Positions 49,626-60,309 of a stretch of 64,000 nt of DNA are shown in pieces. The DNA lies in contig CAVQSP010000017.1 in assembly GCA_963715985.1 (NCBI GenBank), positions 245,346-309,345 of the forward strand, read 5' to 3'. The notes under the pieces are model-generated. The model made no database searches, was not told the origin of the DNA, and was given only the letters and a program-made list of their open reading frames with translations. Within the stretch, counting starts at the first letter, position 1, and the number at the start of each line of letters is the position of its first letter. This DNA comes from an uncultured Thermoleophilia bacterium (GTDB lineage: Bacteria > Actinomycetota > Thermoleophilia > UBA2241). Position numbers and translations under genes: made by a program.

Positions 49626-50745
49626 ATGGACATCGTCGTCGCCATCCTCCGCGCCGTCCTCTTCGTCGTCATCGCCTACTCGGTGCTGATGGTCGCGGCG
49701 CTCGTGAACATCCTCTTCGAGCGCCGCGCCCTGGCCTTCATGCAGGACCGCCTCGGGCCCAACCGCACCGGGCCCCAGGGGCTGCTGCAGAGCGTGGCCG
49801 ACGCCTTCAAGATGATGGGCAAGGAGGACTTCCGTCCGGCTGCGGCCGACCCGGTGCTGTTCACCCTCGGGCCCATCATCGTGATGATCGGCGCCGTGGG
49901 CGTGCAGCTGGTGACTGCCGTACACCAACGGCCTCACCGGCGCCGACCTGAACATCGGCATCATCTTCATCGTCGCCATCACCGGCTTCACGACGCTGGC
50001 CATCCTGCTGGGCGGCTGGTCGTCCCGCAACAAGTACTCGCTGGTCGGGGCCCTGCGCTCCGCCGCCCAGATGATCTCCTACGAGATCCCCATGATCCTC
50101 GGCCTGCTCGTGGTCGCGATGGTGGTGGGCTCTCTGAGCCTCAACGACGTGGTCGAGGCCCAGTCGGGCTATCAGTGGATCGCCTTCTACGCGCCGTTCA
50201 CCTTCCTCATCTTCTACATCGCCTCCATCGCCGAGCTGAACCGCGGCCCGTTCGACCTGCCGGAGTCGGAGTCGGAGCTCGTCGCCGGCTACGTCACGGA
50301 GTACTCGGGCATGCGCTTCGGCATGTTCTACCTCAACGAGTACGGCGGCCTCACGATCATGTCCATGGTCGCCGTCACCCTCTTCTTCGGCGGCTGGCAG
50401 GGGCCGTTCTCCGACGCGCTGGTGTTCTGGGGCGTGTCGTGGATCGGCATCGTCTGGTTCCTGATCAAGTCGTACATCCTGGTGTTCGCGCTCATCTGGA
50501 TCCGCCTCTCGTTCCCGCGTCTGCAGGTCGACCAGCTCATGGCGTTCGCCTGGAAGGTCCTCATCCCGCTGGGCCTGGTCAACATCCTCTGCACGGCCGC
50601 GGTGATGCTGTGGGTCCCGCAGTGGAAGCTCGGCATGGCCGTGTTCAGCTGGGTCTCCCTGATCGCCTTCGTGGGCCTCTTCGACCCGATCCTCAAGCGC
50701 CGCCTGCGCAAGCAGCGTGAGCGCCAGCCGGTGGTGAACGTCTGA
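49626..50745 (+). CDS. nuoH: Complex I subunit H, one frameshift near 49918
   Basis: ERR...QDRLGPNR..GLLQSVADAFK in first frame; NKYSL.GALR..AQMISYE, RGPFDLPESESELVAG in second frame. Confidence 0.92.
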
Positions 50746-51506
50746 TGCTCGGCATGCTCAAGGCCATGCGCACCACGATCAGCCATCTTCCCAAGCGCAA
50801 GATCACGGTGCAGTACCCGGAGCAGCGCGAACGGCTGCCCGAACGCAGCCGCGGCCTCTTCCGTGTGGTCATCGACCCGGCCAGCGGCGAGCCGCGCTGC
50901 CGCTCCTGCACGCTCTGCGAGAGCAACTGCCCGGTGCAGGTCATCCGCGTGAACCACACGAGCAAGTACGAGCTGCCGGTGCCCAACGCGGCGCGCATCA
51001 TGGATGCGCGCCTCGCCGTGCAGGCCGACGCCGACATCAAGGCCCTGCAGCCGGTGCTGGACGACTACTACGAGCACGGCACCGGCCTCATCGCCATGCT
51101 GCAGAACGCGCAGGCGGTGTACGGCTATCTGCCGCGCGTGGCCATCCAGGAGATCGGCCTGCAGACGGGCATCTCGCTGAGTCAGCTCTACGGCGTCGCG
51201 AGCTTCTACAACCAGTTCCGCCTCTCGCCCGTGGGCGAGTACATCATCGACGTGTGTCACGGCACGGCCTGCCACGTGGCGGGGGCCGTGCAGATCACCG
51301 AGGCTCTGGAGGAGGAGCTCGGCATCCCCGACGGCAAGACCACCAAGGACATGAAGTTCACGCTGTCCTCGGTGGCCTGCATGGGGGCGTGCTCGCAGGC
51401 TCCGGTGATGCGCATCGGCGAGAAGACCTACGGCGGCCTCACCCCTGACAAGACGCGCACCATCATCCGCGACTTCATGACCGAGATCGGCGCGGAGAAA
51501 GGGTGA
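50745..51506 (+). CDS. Fusion: N-terminal half of NuoI plus NuoE/HydC-like [2Fe-2S] subunit
   Basis: ITVQYPEQR..LPERSRG...CRSCTLCESNCP (NuoI N-half, single motif), then LQ.AQ..YGYLP, SFYNQF, CHGTAC, CMGAC. Confidence 0.9.
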   Translation: MLGMLKAMRTTISHLPKRKITVQYPEQRERLPERSRGLFRVVIDPASGEPRCRSCTLCESNCPVQVIRVNHTSKYELPVPNAARIMDARLAVQADADIKALQPVLDDYYEHGTGLIAMLQNAQAVYGYLPRVAIQEIGLQTGISLSQLYGVASFYNQFRLSPVGEYIIDVCHGTACHVAGAVQITEALEEELGIPDGKTTKDMKFTLSSVACMGACSQAPVMRIGEKTYGGLTPDKTRTIIRDFMTEIGAEKG

Positions 51507-51517
51507 GCTGAGCACTC

Positions 51518-53470
51518 ATGGCTGACGAGATCATCAACGAGATCGACGAGACCGCTGCGGCCGAGGCGCCGGCGGCCGAGGCCGTCGCCGAGGCGACCCC
51601 GGTCCCCGAGGCCGAGGCGCGCAACGTGCGCGTCGCGGCGACGCCGGGCGGCGGCTACAAGGTCACCGTGTGCGCCGGCACCGCCTGCGTGTTCGCCGGC
51701 TCGATGGCCGTGTACGACGCGTTCGTGCAGGAGGTGCAGACGGCCGGCCTCGGCGACCGCATCGAGGTCTCCGTCATCGGCTGCCACGGGCTCTGCTCCA
51801 TGAGCCCGGTCGTCGTGCTCAGCGACGACACCCTCTACGGGCACCTGCGCCCGCAGGACGTGGGCAAGGTCGTGGAGGAGCACCTCAAGGGCGGCACGCC
51901 GATCGAGAAGTTCCTCTACAAGGACGCGCACACGGGCGAGCGCATCCGCGACTGGCACGACATCGACTTCTACGCGCAGCAGACGCGCATCGCGCTGCGC
52001 GACGTGGGCGTCATCGACCCCGAGAGCCTGGACGAGTACGTGGCGCGCGGCGGCTACGAGGCCGCGCGCATGGCGCTCGGCGAGAAGACGCCCGAGTGGA
52101 TCATCGAGCACGTCACCGACTCGGGCATCCGCGGGCGCGGCGGCGCCGGCTTCCCCACGGGCGTCAAGTGGAAGTTCGCCAACCAGTCGCAGAGCGACGA
52201 GAAGTACCTCATCTGCAACGCCGACGAGGGCGACCCCGGCGCGTTCATGGACTGCTCGATCCTCGAGGGCGACCCGCACGCCGTGGTCGAGGGCATGATC
52301 ATCGGCAGCTACGCCATCGGCGCGCACGAGGGCTACGTGTACGTGCGCGCCGAGTACCCCCTCGCCGTCAAGCGCCTCACCAAGGCGGTCGCCGACGCGG
52401 AGGCGCGTGGCTATCTCGGCAAGGACGTCTTCGGCACCGGCTGGGAGTTCAACCTGCACCTCAAGCTCGGCGCCGGCGCCTTCGTGTGCGGCGAGGAGAC
52501 GGCCCTCATCGCCAGCATCGAGGGCAGGCGCGGCATGCCGCGCACGCGCCCGCCGTTCCCGGCCGTCTCCGGCCTGTGGGGCAAGCCGACCAACATCAAC
52601 AACGTCGAGACCTTCGCCAACATCCCCTGGATCATCATGCACGGCGCCGACGCCTACGCCGCCCTGGGCGTCGAGGGCTGCCGCGGCACCAAGGCCTTCA
52701 GCCTCGCCGGCAAGGTCGTCAACGGCGGCCTCGTCGAGGTGCCCATGGGCTCCACGCTGCGGCACCTCATCTTCGACGTGGGCGGCGGCGTCAAGGACGG
52801 CCGCCAGTTCAAGGCCGTGCAGCTCGGCGGCCCGTCGGGCGGCTGCATCCCGGCCGGCCTCCTCGACACGCCGGTCGACTACGAGAGCCTGGCCGCGACC
52901 GGCGCCATCGTCGGCTCCGGCGGCATGGTGGTGGTGGACGACGAGACCTGCATGGTGGACCTGGCGCGCTTCTTCCTGGACTTCACGCAGAAGGAGTCGT
53001 GCGGCAAGTGCATACCCTGCCGCCTCGGCACCAAGCGCATGCTGGAGACGCTCGACCGCATCATCGCCGGCGACGGCCAGGACGGCGACATCGAGCTGCT
53101 CGAGGAGCTCAGCCACTACATCATGGACGGGTCGCTGTGTGCCCTGGGCGGCACCGCCCCCAACCCCGTGCTCACCACCATCAAGTACTTCCGCGACGAG
53201 TACGAGGCGCACGTGTACGAGAAGCGCTGCCCCGCCGGCAAGTGCAAAGACCTGATCACCTACTACATCGACGCCGACGCCTGCACGGGCTGCATCCTGT
53301 GCGCCAAGAAGTGCCCCACCTCGTGCATCACGGGCGAGAAGAAGCAGCCGCACGTCATCGACGTGAGCAACTGCATCAAGTGCGACACCTGCCGCCAGGT
53401 CTGCAAGTTCGACGCCGTCAAGGTGCGCTCGGGCATCGCCCAGGCTGCGGCCGCCGGACAGGGAGCCTGA
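51518..53470 (+). CDS. nuoF: HydB/StnB-type NuoF (N-terminal [2Fe-2S], FMN/NAD(H) site, C-terminal 2x[4Fe-4S])
   Basis: CAGTAC...CHGLC, GRGGAGFPTG, ADEGDPGAFMD, GGPSGG, ESCGKCIPCR, two C-terminal ferredoxin motifs. Confidence 0.92.
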   Translation: MADEIINEIDETAAAEAPAAEAVAEATPVPEAEARNVRVAATPGGGYKVTVCAGTACVFAGSMAVYDAFVQEVQTAGLGDRIEVSVIGCHGLCSMSPVVVLSDDTLYGHLRPQDVGKVVEEHLKGGTPIEKFLYKDAHTGERIRDWHDIDFYAQQTRIALRDVGVIDPESLDEYVARGGYEAARMALGEKTPEWIIEHVTDSGIRGRGGAGFPTGVKWKFANQSQSDEKYLICNADEGDPGAFMDCSILEGDPHAVVEGMIIGSYAIGAHEGYVYVRAEYPLAVKRLTKAVADAEARGYLGKDVFGTGWEFNLHLKLGAGAFVCGEETALIASIEGRRGMPRTRPPFPAVSGLWGKPTNINNVETFANIPWIIMHGADAYAALGVEGCRGTKAFSLAGKVVNGGLVEVPMGSTLRHLIFDVGGGVKDGRQFKAVQLGGPSGGCIPAGLLDTPVDYESLAATGAIVGSGGMVVVDDETCMVDLARFFLDFTQKESCGKCIPCRLGTKRMLETLDRIIAGDGQDGDIELLEELSHYIMDGSLCALGGTAPNPVLTTIKYFRDEYEAHVYEKRCPAGKCKDLITYYIDADACTGCILCAKKCPTSCITGEKKQPHVIDVSNCIKCDTCRQVCKFDAVKVRSGIAQAAAAGQGA

Positions 53471-53477
53471 GAGGACG

Positions 53478-55955
53478 ATGGCCACCACCGTCGACGACAT
53501 CGCCCGCACGCAGGCCCGCCCCGACCAGGTGCTGGTCAGCATCGACGGCCAGGAGGTCGCCTGCGATCGCGGCGACACCATCCTGGAGGCGGCGCGGCGC
53601 CTCGGCATCCACATCCCCACGCTGTGCTACGAGCCGCGGCTGCCCGCCACGGCCGCCTGCCGCATGTGCATCGTGGAGATCGAGGGCGCGCGCAAGATGG
53701 TGCCGAGCTGCTCCGCGGCCGTCGCCGACGGCATGGTGGTGCGCACCAACACGGACAAGGTGCGCGCCATGCGGCACCTGTACCTCGAGCTGCTGCTGAG
53801 CGACCACAACTCGTTCTGCACGCCGCCCTGCCGCGACGCCTGCCCCACGCACATCAAGATCCCGCAGTTCCTCGAGTACATCGCGCACAAGGACTACAAG
53901 AACGGCGTGCGCAAGCTGCGCGAGGACCTGCCCTTCCCTGCCGTGCTCGGGCGCGTGTGCCCGCGGCCCTGCGAGGGCCCGTGCCGCCGGCAGCTCGTGG
54001 AGCAGCCCATCACCATCTGCCAGCTGCATCGCTTCATGGCCGACCAGACCATCGACGAGGAGCAGGAGGGCGAGCTGCTGCTGCCGGTCGAGCCCAAGGC
54101 CGACACCGGCAAGCGCATCGCCGTGGTCGGCGGCGGCCCGGCGGGCCTGGCCGCCGCCTTCTACGCCCGTCTCGAGGGCCACTCCGTCAAGATCTTCGAG
54201 GCGCTGCCCAAGGTGGGCGGCATGCTGCGCTACGGCATCCCCAGCTACCGCCTGCCCCGCGACGTGGTCGAGAAGGAGACCAACGTCCTGTGGCGCATGG
54301 GCGTCGAGCTGCAGGTCAACAGCCGCCTGGGCGTGGACTACCAGATCGAGGACCTCTTCGACGAGGGCTTCGACACCGTCTTCCTGGCGCTCGGCGCCTT
54401 CAACTCCAACGACATGGGCTGCCCCGGCGAGGACGCCGACGGCGTGGTCACTGCAGTCGACTTCCTCGGCGAGCTCGAGCTCACCGGCGAGGTGCACGTG
54501 GGCCAGAAGGTCACCGTGATCGGCGGCGGCTTCACCGCCATGGACGCCTGCCGCACCTCGATCCGCAAGGGCGCCGCCGAGGTCACCTGTCTGTACCGGC
54601 GCTCGCGCAAGGAGATGCCGGCCCACCACACCGAGGTCGACGAGGCCGAGGAGGAGGGCGTCAAGCTCGAGCTGCTGTGCGCGCCCGTCAAGGTCCTCAC
54701 CGACGCGGCCAACAAGGTGACGGGCATCGAGATGCTGCGCATGGAGCTCGGCGAGCCCGACGCCTCCGGCCGCCGCCGCCCGGTGCCCATCGAGGGCAGC
54801 GAGTTCGTCGTGGAGTGCGACCAGGTCATCACCGCCATCGGCCAGTTCCCCAAGCTGGACGGCACCAGTGAGGAGCAGGGCGTCAAGCGCACCAAGTGGC
54901 GCACCATCGAGGTCGACGACTGGACCTTCCAGACGGACGACCCGCGCGTGTTCGCCGGCGGCGACGTCGTGCTCGGCGCGCAGACCGTGATCCAGGCCGT
55001 CGCCCAGGGCAAGAAGGCGGCCTGGAGCATGGACGCCTACCTGCGCGGCGCCGACATGAAGGAGATCTCGCAGTCGCTGGCCGAGCTCAAGGCCACGCCG
55101 TTCTTCAGCGCGCTCTCGGCCAAGGCCGATCTGGATCCGACCGTGGCGCGCATGGCCGAGATCCCGCCGGTGTTCATCGACATGACCACGGACGTCACGC
55201 ACCCGAGCCCGCCGGCCGACATGCCCAAGCTGTCTCCGGAGGAGCGCCGCACCAACTTCAAGCAGATCGAGCTCGGCTTCCCCGAAGAGGAGGCCGTGCG
55301 CGGCGCCGACCTGTGCCTGGACTGCTACTGCCCGGCCAGCGGCACGTGCGACCTGCAGCGGTACAGCATCGACTACGAGGTCTTCAAGAACCGCTTCCAC
55401 GGCGGCGAGGCGCACGACTACCCGGCCGACTTCCGCCACGACTTCATCATGCGCGAGCCCAACCGCTGCATCAACTGCGGCCGCTGCGTGCGCGTGTGCC
55501 GCATGGAGGTCGGGTCGAGCTGCTACGACAACATGGGCCGCGGCTACGACTCCATCGTCTCCACCGCCGACAACCTGCCGCTGCAGCTCGTGGGCTGCAT
55601 CAGCTGCGGCAAGTGCTCCGAGACGTGCCCGACCGGCTCCATCGAGACCAACCCGCGGCGCCTGGAGAGCTACGACCTCGACGAGAGCCGCTGCATCTTC
55701 TGCGGCGAGTGCGTGGAGGTCTGCCCCTACGACGCCCTCGAGCAGACCGACTTCTTCGAGCTCGCCGGCTACAGCCGCAGCGCGCTCGCCGGCGAGTCGC
55801 TGTTCGTGCGCGAGGCGCGCCCGGCCGACCCGCTGCGCGAGAACGTCAAGGACCTCGTGCCGCACGTGCTCGACGCCGAGCGCGGCAACGGCTGGACGTG
55901 GGAGCCCATCAAGGACGACCCCATCGTGCTGGACGAACCGGGAGGCGGCAGCTGA
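53478..55955 (+). CDS. Fusion: NuoG-like Fe-S N-terminus, inserted GltD/NfnB-like FAD/NADPH domain, 2x[4Fe-4S], C-terminal half of NuoI
   Basis: IPTLC..CRMC, HNSFCTPPC..ACP, GRVCP..CE, GGGPAG, YGIP, YRRS, CINCGRC, CISCGKC, then YDLDESRCIFCGECVEVCP..FELA.YSR. Confidence 0.9.
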   Translation: MATTVDDIARTQARPDQVLVSIDGQEVACDRGDTILEAARRLGIHIPTLCYEPRLPATAACRMCIVEIEGARKMVPSCSAAVADGMVVRTNTDKVRAMRHLYLELLLSDHNSFCTPPCRDACPTHIKIPQFLEYIAHKDYKNGVRKLREDLPFPAVLGRVCPRPCEGPCRRQLVEQPITICQLHRFMADQTIDEEQEGELLLPVEPKADTGKRIAVVGGGPAGLAAAFYARLEGHSVKIFEALPKVGGMLRYGIPSYRLPRDVVEKETNVLWRMGVELQVNSRLGVDYQIEDLFDEGFDTVFLALGAFNSNDMGCPGEDADGVVTAVDFLGELELTGEVHVGQKVTVIGGGFTAMDACRTSIRKGAAEVTCLYRRSRKEMPAHHTEVDEAEEEGVKLELLCAPVKVLTDAANKVTGIEMLRMELGEPDASGRRRPVPIEGSEFVVECDQVITAIGQFPKLDGTSEEQGVKRTKWRTIEVDDWTFQTDDPRVFAGGDVVLGAQTVIQAVAQGKKAAWSMDAYLRGADMKEISQSLAELKATPFFSALSAKADLDPTVARMAEIPPVFIDMTTDVTHPSPPADMPKLSPEERRTNFKQIELGFPEEEAVRGADLCLDCYCPASGTCDLQRYSIDYEVFKNRFHGGEAHDYPADFRHDFIMREPNRCINCGRCVRVCRMEVGSSCYDNMGRGYDSIVSTADNLPLQLVGCISCGKCSETCPTGSIETNPRRLESYDLDESRCIFCGECVEVCPYDALEQTDFFELAGYSRSALAGESLFVREARPADPLRENVKDLVPHVLDAERGNGWTWEPIKDDPIVLDEPGGGS

Positions 55956-56467
55956 TGCCGGGTGGCGACTTCCATCCCTGGCTGTTCTTCATCCTCGCCG
56001 CGTGGATCCTCATCTGCGCCCTCGGCGTCGTGGCCTTCAAGAAGATCATGTACTCGGCCGTGTCCATGGTCGCCTGCTTCCTGGGCGTGGCCTTCGCCTA
56101 CGCCCTCCTGGCGGCGCCGCTGGTGGCCATCGTCCAGCTGCTCGTGTACGTGGGCGCGATCTCCATCGTCATCATCTTCGCCATCATGCTCACCGAGGTG
56201 CAGCACGGCGGCTACGACCTGTTCTTCAACAAGCAGACCGCCTTCGCGGCGCCGCTCGCCGTGGCCGCCGCCGCCGTGGTCATCGCCGTCCTGGCCATGT
56301 CGGACATCGGCGCCGTCGGCACCAAGGCGCTCAACCCCGGCCTGCAGGAGCTCTCGCAGCTGCTGTTCGCCGGCTACGTGTTCCCCTTCGAGCTGGTGTC
56401 GCTCGTGCTGGTCGCGGCGATGATCGGCGCCATCGTGCTGGCGCGCCGCGAGGAGGAGAAGTCGTGA
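55955..56467 (+). CDS. nuoJ: Complex I subunit J
   Basis: QLLVYVGAI..FAIML, YVFPFEL.S..L..AMIGAI. Confidence 0.93.
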   Translation: MPGGDFHPWLFFILAAWILICALGVVAFKKIMYSAVSMVACFLGVAFAYALLAAPLVAIVQLLVYVGAISIVIIFAIMLTEVQHGGYDLFFNKQTAFAAPLAVAAAAVVIAVLAMSDIGAVGTKALNPGLQELSQLLFAGYVFPFELVSLVLVAAMIGAIVLARREEEKS

Positions 56468-56772
56468 GCGCCCTCTACTGGTGGCTCACGCTCGCCGTGC
56501 TGCTCTTCTGCATCGGCGCCTTCGGGGTGCTGGCGCGCCGCAACGTGATCGTCGTCGTCATGTGCCTCGAGCTCATGCTCAACGCCGTCAACATCGCCCT
56601 CGTGGCCGTCTCCAACTTCCGCGGCGGCGCCGAGGGCGCCGGCGAGCTCTTCTCGCTCTTCATCATCGTGCTGGCGGCGTCCGAGGTCACGGTGGGCCTC
56701 GCCATCATCATCGCCAACTACCGCAACCGCCGCACCGTGCAGACCGACCAGTTCGACGAGCTCAAGGGCTGA
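56464..56772 (+). CDS. nuoK: Complex I subunit K
   Basis: RRN...ELMLNAVN, AASE..VGLA, C-terminal LKG. Confidence 0.93.
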   Translation: MSALYWWLTLAVLLFCIGAFGVLARRNVIVVVMCLELMLNAVNIALVAVSNFRGGAEGAGELFSLFIIVLAASEVTVGLAIIIANYRNRRTVQTDQFDELKG

Positions 56773-56784
56773 GCGGGAGCATTC

Positions 56785-58719
56785 GTGGAGGGAGCTCAGC
56801 ACATCATCACCGAGGCGACACAGACGATGAAGATCGCCGTGGCGCTCATCCCGCTGCTGCCGCTGCTCGGCTTCATCCTCACGCTGGTGCTCGGCAAGCG
56901 CTGGGGCACCAAGGCGCACATCCTGCCGGTGGCCCTGGTCACGGGCTCCGCGGCGCTGTGCATCTACGGCTTCATCTGGATCTTCAGCCACCAGCAGGAG
57001 ACGTTCGTCTGGAACGCCTTCACGTGGGTGGCGGCCGGCCGCTTCGAGGTGTCGTGGGGCTTCCAGGTGGACGGCCTCACCGGCGTCATGCTGCTCGTGG
57101 TGGGCGTCATCGGCATGCTCGTGCACTACTACTCCATCGGCTACATGCACGGCGACGAGGGCTACTACCGCTTCTTCGCCTACCTCAACCTGTTCATGTT
57201 CGCGATGTTCGTGCTCATCCTCGCGGACAACTACCTGCTGCTCTTCCTCGGCTGGGAGGGCGTGGGGCTGTGCTCCTACCTGCTGATCTCGTTCTGGTTC
57301 GGCAAGAAGAGCGCCAGCCAGGCCGGCAAGAAGGCGTTCCTGGTCAACCGCGTGGGCGACTTCGGCTTCACGCTGGGCATGTTCCTCATCTTCATGGTCA
57401 CGGGCACGCTGCAGTTCACCGGCGTCTTCGAGAAGGCCGACTCCATCGCCTCGGGCACGCTGCTGTGGATCTGCCTGCTGCTGTTCACCGGCGCCGTGGG
57501 CAAGAGCGCCCAGTTCCCGCTGCACGTGTGGCTGCCGGACGCCATGGAGGGCCCCACCCCGGTCAGCGCCCTGATCCACGCCGCCACCATGGTCAACGCC
57601 GGCGTGTACATGGTGGCGCGCTCCTACCCGCTGTTCCTGCAGTCGCACACGGCGATGCTGGTGGTGATGGGCATCGGCGCCTTCACGGCCATCTACGCGG
57701 CGTACATCGCGATCACCCAGAACGACATCAAGAAGGTGATCGCGTACTCCACCGTCTCGTCGCTGGGCTTCATGTTCCTCGCCCTCGGCGCCGGCGCCTG
57801 GGTGGCCGGCATCTTCTACCTGTTCGCGCACGGCTTCTTCAAGGGCCTCATGTTCCTCTGCTCCGGCTCGGTGATCCACGCCATGGGCGGCGAGCAGGAC
57901 ATGCGCAAGATGGGCGGCCTGCGCAAGAAGATCCCCATCACCTTCTGGACGATGCTCGTCGGCGCCCTCGCCATGGTCGGCATCATCCCGTTCGCCGGCT
58001 TCTGGGCGAAGGACGAGATCATCGGCGCCGCCTTCGTGCGCGGCTACTACGTGGTGTGGGCGGTGGCCATGGTCACCGTGCTGCTCACCGGCATCTACGT
58101 GTTCCGCCTCATCTTCATGACCTTCTGGGGCAAGAGCCGCGCCGACGAAGAGGTGCAGCACCACATCCACGAGTCGCCGCCGATCATGACCGTCCCGCTC
58201 ATCCTCCTCGCCATCCCCGCGGCCGGGCTCGGCCTGCTCGTCGGTCTCCCGCCCGAGGGCGGCTGGCTCAGCCGGTTCCTCGAGCCCGTGTTCTTCGAGT
58301 CGGAGCACGAGGTCTTCACCTGGATCGGCGAGGGCGGTGCCCTCATGGGCCTCTCCCTGATCACCGCCGTCATCGGCATCTTCGTCGCCTACCGCCTGTA
58401 CGTGCGCTCGGTCGACACGCCCGGCCGCATGGCCCATCGCGTGCCGGTGCTGTACAAGGCCAGCTTCAACAAGATGTACATGGACGAGCTCTACAACGTG
58501 GTGGCCATCCGCAGCACCATCGCCTTCGCCGGCTGGCTGTGGACGTTCTTCGACGTGAAGATCATCGACGGCGCCGTGAACGGCGTCGCGCGCCTCTGGG
58601 AGATCTTCGGCGAGCGCCTGCGGCCGCTGCAGACCGGGCGCGTGCAGAACTACGCCCTCGGCATCTTCGCCGGCATGCTCGTGCTGGTCGTCGTGCTCGC
58701 CTGGGTCTGGGGGGCGTGA
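56785..58719 (+). CDS. nuoL: Complex I antiporter subunit L
   Basis: WEGVGLCSYLLI, NRVGD, KSAQFPLHVWLPDAMEGPTPVSALIHAATMV, QTGRVQNY. Confidence 0.95.
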   Translation: MEGAQHIITEATQTMKIAVALIPLLPLLGFILTLVLGKRWGTKAHILPVALVTGSAALCIYGFIWIFSHQQETFVWNAFTWVAAGRFEVSWGFQVDGLTGVMLLVVGVIGMLVHYYSIGYMHGDEGYYRFFAYLNLFMFAMFVLILADNYLLLFLGWEGVGLCSYLLISFWFGKKSASQAGKKAFLVNRVGDFGFTLGMFLIFMVTGTLQFTGVFEKADSIASGTLLWICLLLFTGAVGKSAQFPLHVWLPDAMEGPTPVSALIHAATMVNAGVYMVARSYPLFLQSHTAMLVVMGIGAFTAIYAAYIAITQNDIKKVIAYSTVSSLGFMFLALGAGAWVAGIFYLFAHGFFKGLMFLCSGSVIHAMGGEQDMRKMGGLRKKIPITFWTMLVGALAMVGIIPFAGFWAKDEIIGAAFVRGYYVVWAVAMVTVLLTGIYVFRLIFMTFWGKSRADEEVQHHIHESPPIMTVPLILLAIPAAGLGLLVGLPPEGGWLSRFLEPVFFESEHEVFTWIGEGGALMGLSLITAVIGIFVAYRLYVRSVDTPGRMAHRVPVLYKASFNKMYMDELYNVVAIRSTIAFAGWLWTFFDVKIIDGAVNGVARLWEIFGERLRPLQTGRVQNYALGIFAGMLVLVVVLAWVWGA

Positions 58720-58720
58720 C

Positions 58721-60309
58721 GTGACCTGGAGCGACCAGATCGGCCTCCCCATCCTCAGCCTCATCACCTTCCTGCCGCTCGCCGGCGTCGTGCTCATGCT
58801 GCTCTTCGGCCGCGGGCGCCCGCAGGTCTACAAGGTGATCGCCCTCGTCTCCACGCTGGCCGCGTTCGCGCTCAGCATCTGGATGATGGTCGCCTTCGAC
58901 ACCAAGGCCAAGGGCATGCAGTTCGTCGAGGACGTGATGTGGATCAAGCAGTTCAACATCCACTACAGCTTCGGCGTGGACGGCATCGCCGCCCTGCTGC
59001 TGTTCCTCACCACGTTCCTCGGCGTCATCGTGATCATCGGCAGCTGGAACTACGTGAAGGACAGGGAGCGGGGCTTCTTCGCCTCCCTGCTGCTGCTGCA
59101 GGTCGGCATGGCCGGCGTGTTCTGCGCCACCGACCTCTTCCTCTTCTACGTGTTCTGGGAGGTCATGCTGGTGCCGATGTACTTCATCATCGGTATCTGG
59201 GGCGGGCCGCGGCGCATCTACGCGGCCATCAAGTTCTTCCTCTTCACGCTCGTCGGCAGCCTGCTCATGCTGATCGCCATCATCGTGGTGGTGTACGCGG
59301 CCAAGAGCGGCCTGGGCCACATCACCTTCGACATCCAGGAGCTCGGGCGGCAGGTGTACACGTACCACATCCAGTTCTGGGCCTTCCTCGCCTTCTTCGT
59401 GGCCTTCGCCATCAAGGTGCCGATGTTCCCGGTGCACACCTGGCTCCCGGACGCCCACGTCGAGGCGCCCACGGCGGGCTCGGTGATCCTGGCCGGCGTG
59501 CTGCTGAAGATGGGTGGATACGGCATCCTGCGCTTCTGCCTGCCGTTCTTCCCGGACGCCGCCGTCACGTTCATCCCCTACATCGTGGCGCTCTCGGTGA
59601 TCGCCATCGTGTACGGGGCCCTGGTGTCGATGGTGCAGAAGGACCTCAAGAAGCTGGTCGCCTACTCGAGCGTGAGCCACATGGGCTTCGTGACGGCCGG
59701 CATCTTCGCCGCCATCGCCGTGGTGGGCAACGCCGGCGGGCATGGAGGGCGCCATCCTGGTGATGTTCAGCCACGGCCTGCTCACGGGCGCCCTCTTCCT
59801 CATGGTCGGCTACATGTACGAGCGCACGCACACGCGGCAGATCGCCGACCTGGGGCAGCTGGCCAAGCCGCTGCCCATCATGGCCGGCTTCTTCCTCTTC
59901 TTCGTGTTCGGCTCGCTGGGGCTGCCCGGGCTCAGCGGGTTCGTGGGCGAGTTCCTGAGCCTGCTCGGGCTGTTCGCCTACTCGCACTGGCTGGCGGCGG
60001 TGGCGGCGCTCGGCGTGATCCTCGCCGCCGCCTACCTGCTCTGGATGTTCCAGCGCACCATGTTCAACGACCGCGGCGACGCCGAGGTCAAGCCCGCGGG
60101 TCCGCTCCACGACCTCGACCCTGCGTGAGATCGTCACGCTGGTGCCGCTCGTCGCCCTGGTCATCTGGGTCGGCGTCTATCCGGTCACGTGGCTCAACTA
60201 CCTGCACGTGCCCGTCAACGAGATCCTGGACCGCGTCACGCCGGCGCTGAGCAGCGCCCATACGCACGCCCTGGCCCAGCTCGTCGACGCCGCCAAGGGG
60301 CTGTTCTAG
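58721..60309 (+). CDS. nuoM: Complex I antiporter subunit M, two frameshifts (about 59740 and 60120)
   Basis: FYVFWE, KVPMFPVHTWLPDAHVEAPT, AYSSVSHMG; then SHGL, GLPGLSGFVGE; then REI..L.PL....W.GVYP ending TAG 60309. Confidence 0.92.

Noticed and set aside
53478-55955. FeFe-hydrogenase or formate dehydrogenase catalytic subunit
   Set aside because: No H-cluster motifs and no molybdopterin-binding domain; the catalytic part is GltD-like
49900-60130. Programmed ribosomal frameshifting in nuoH/nuoM
   Set aside because: No slippery heptamers seen; similar indels are scattered in unrelated genes, favouring sequencing error
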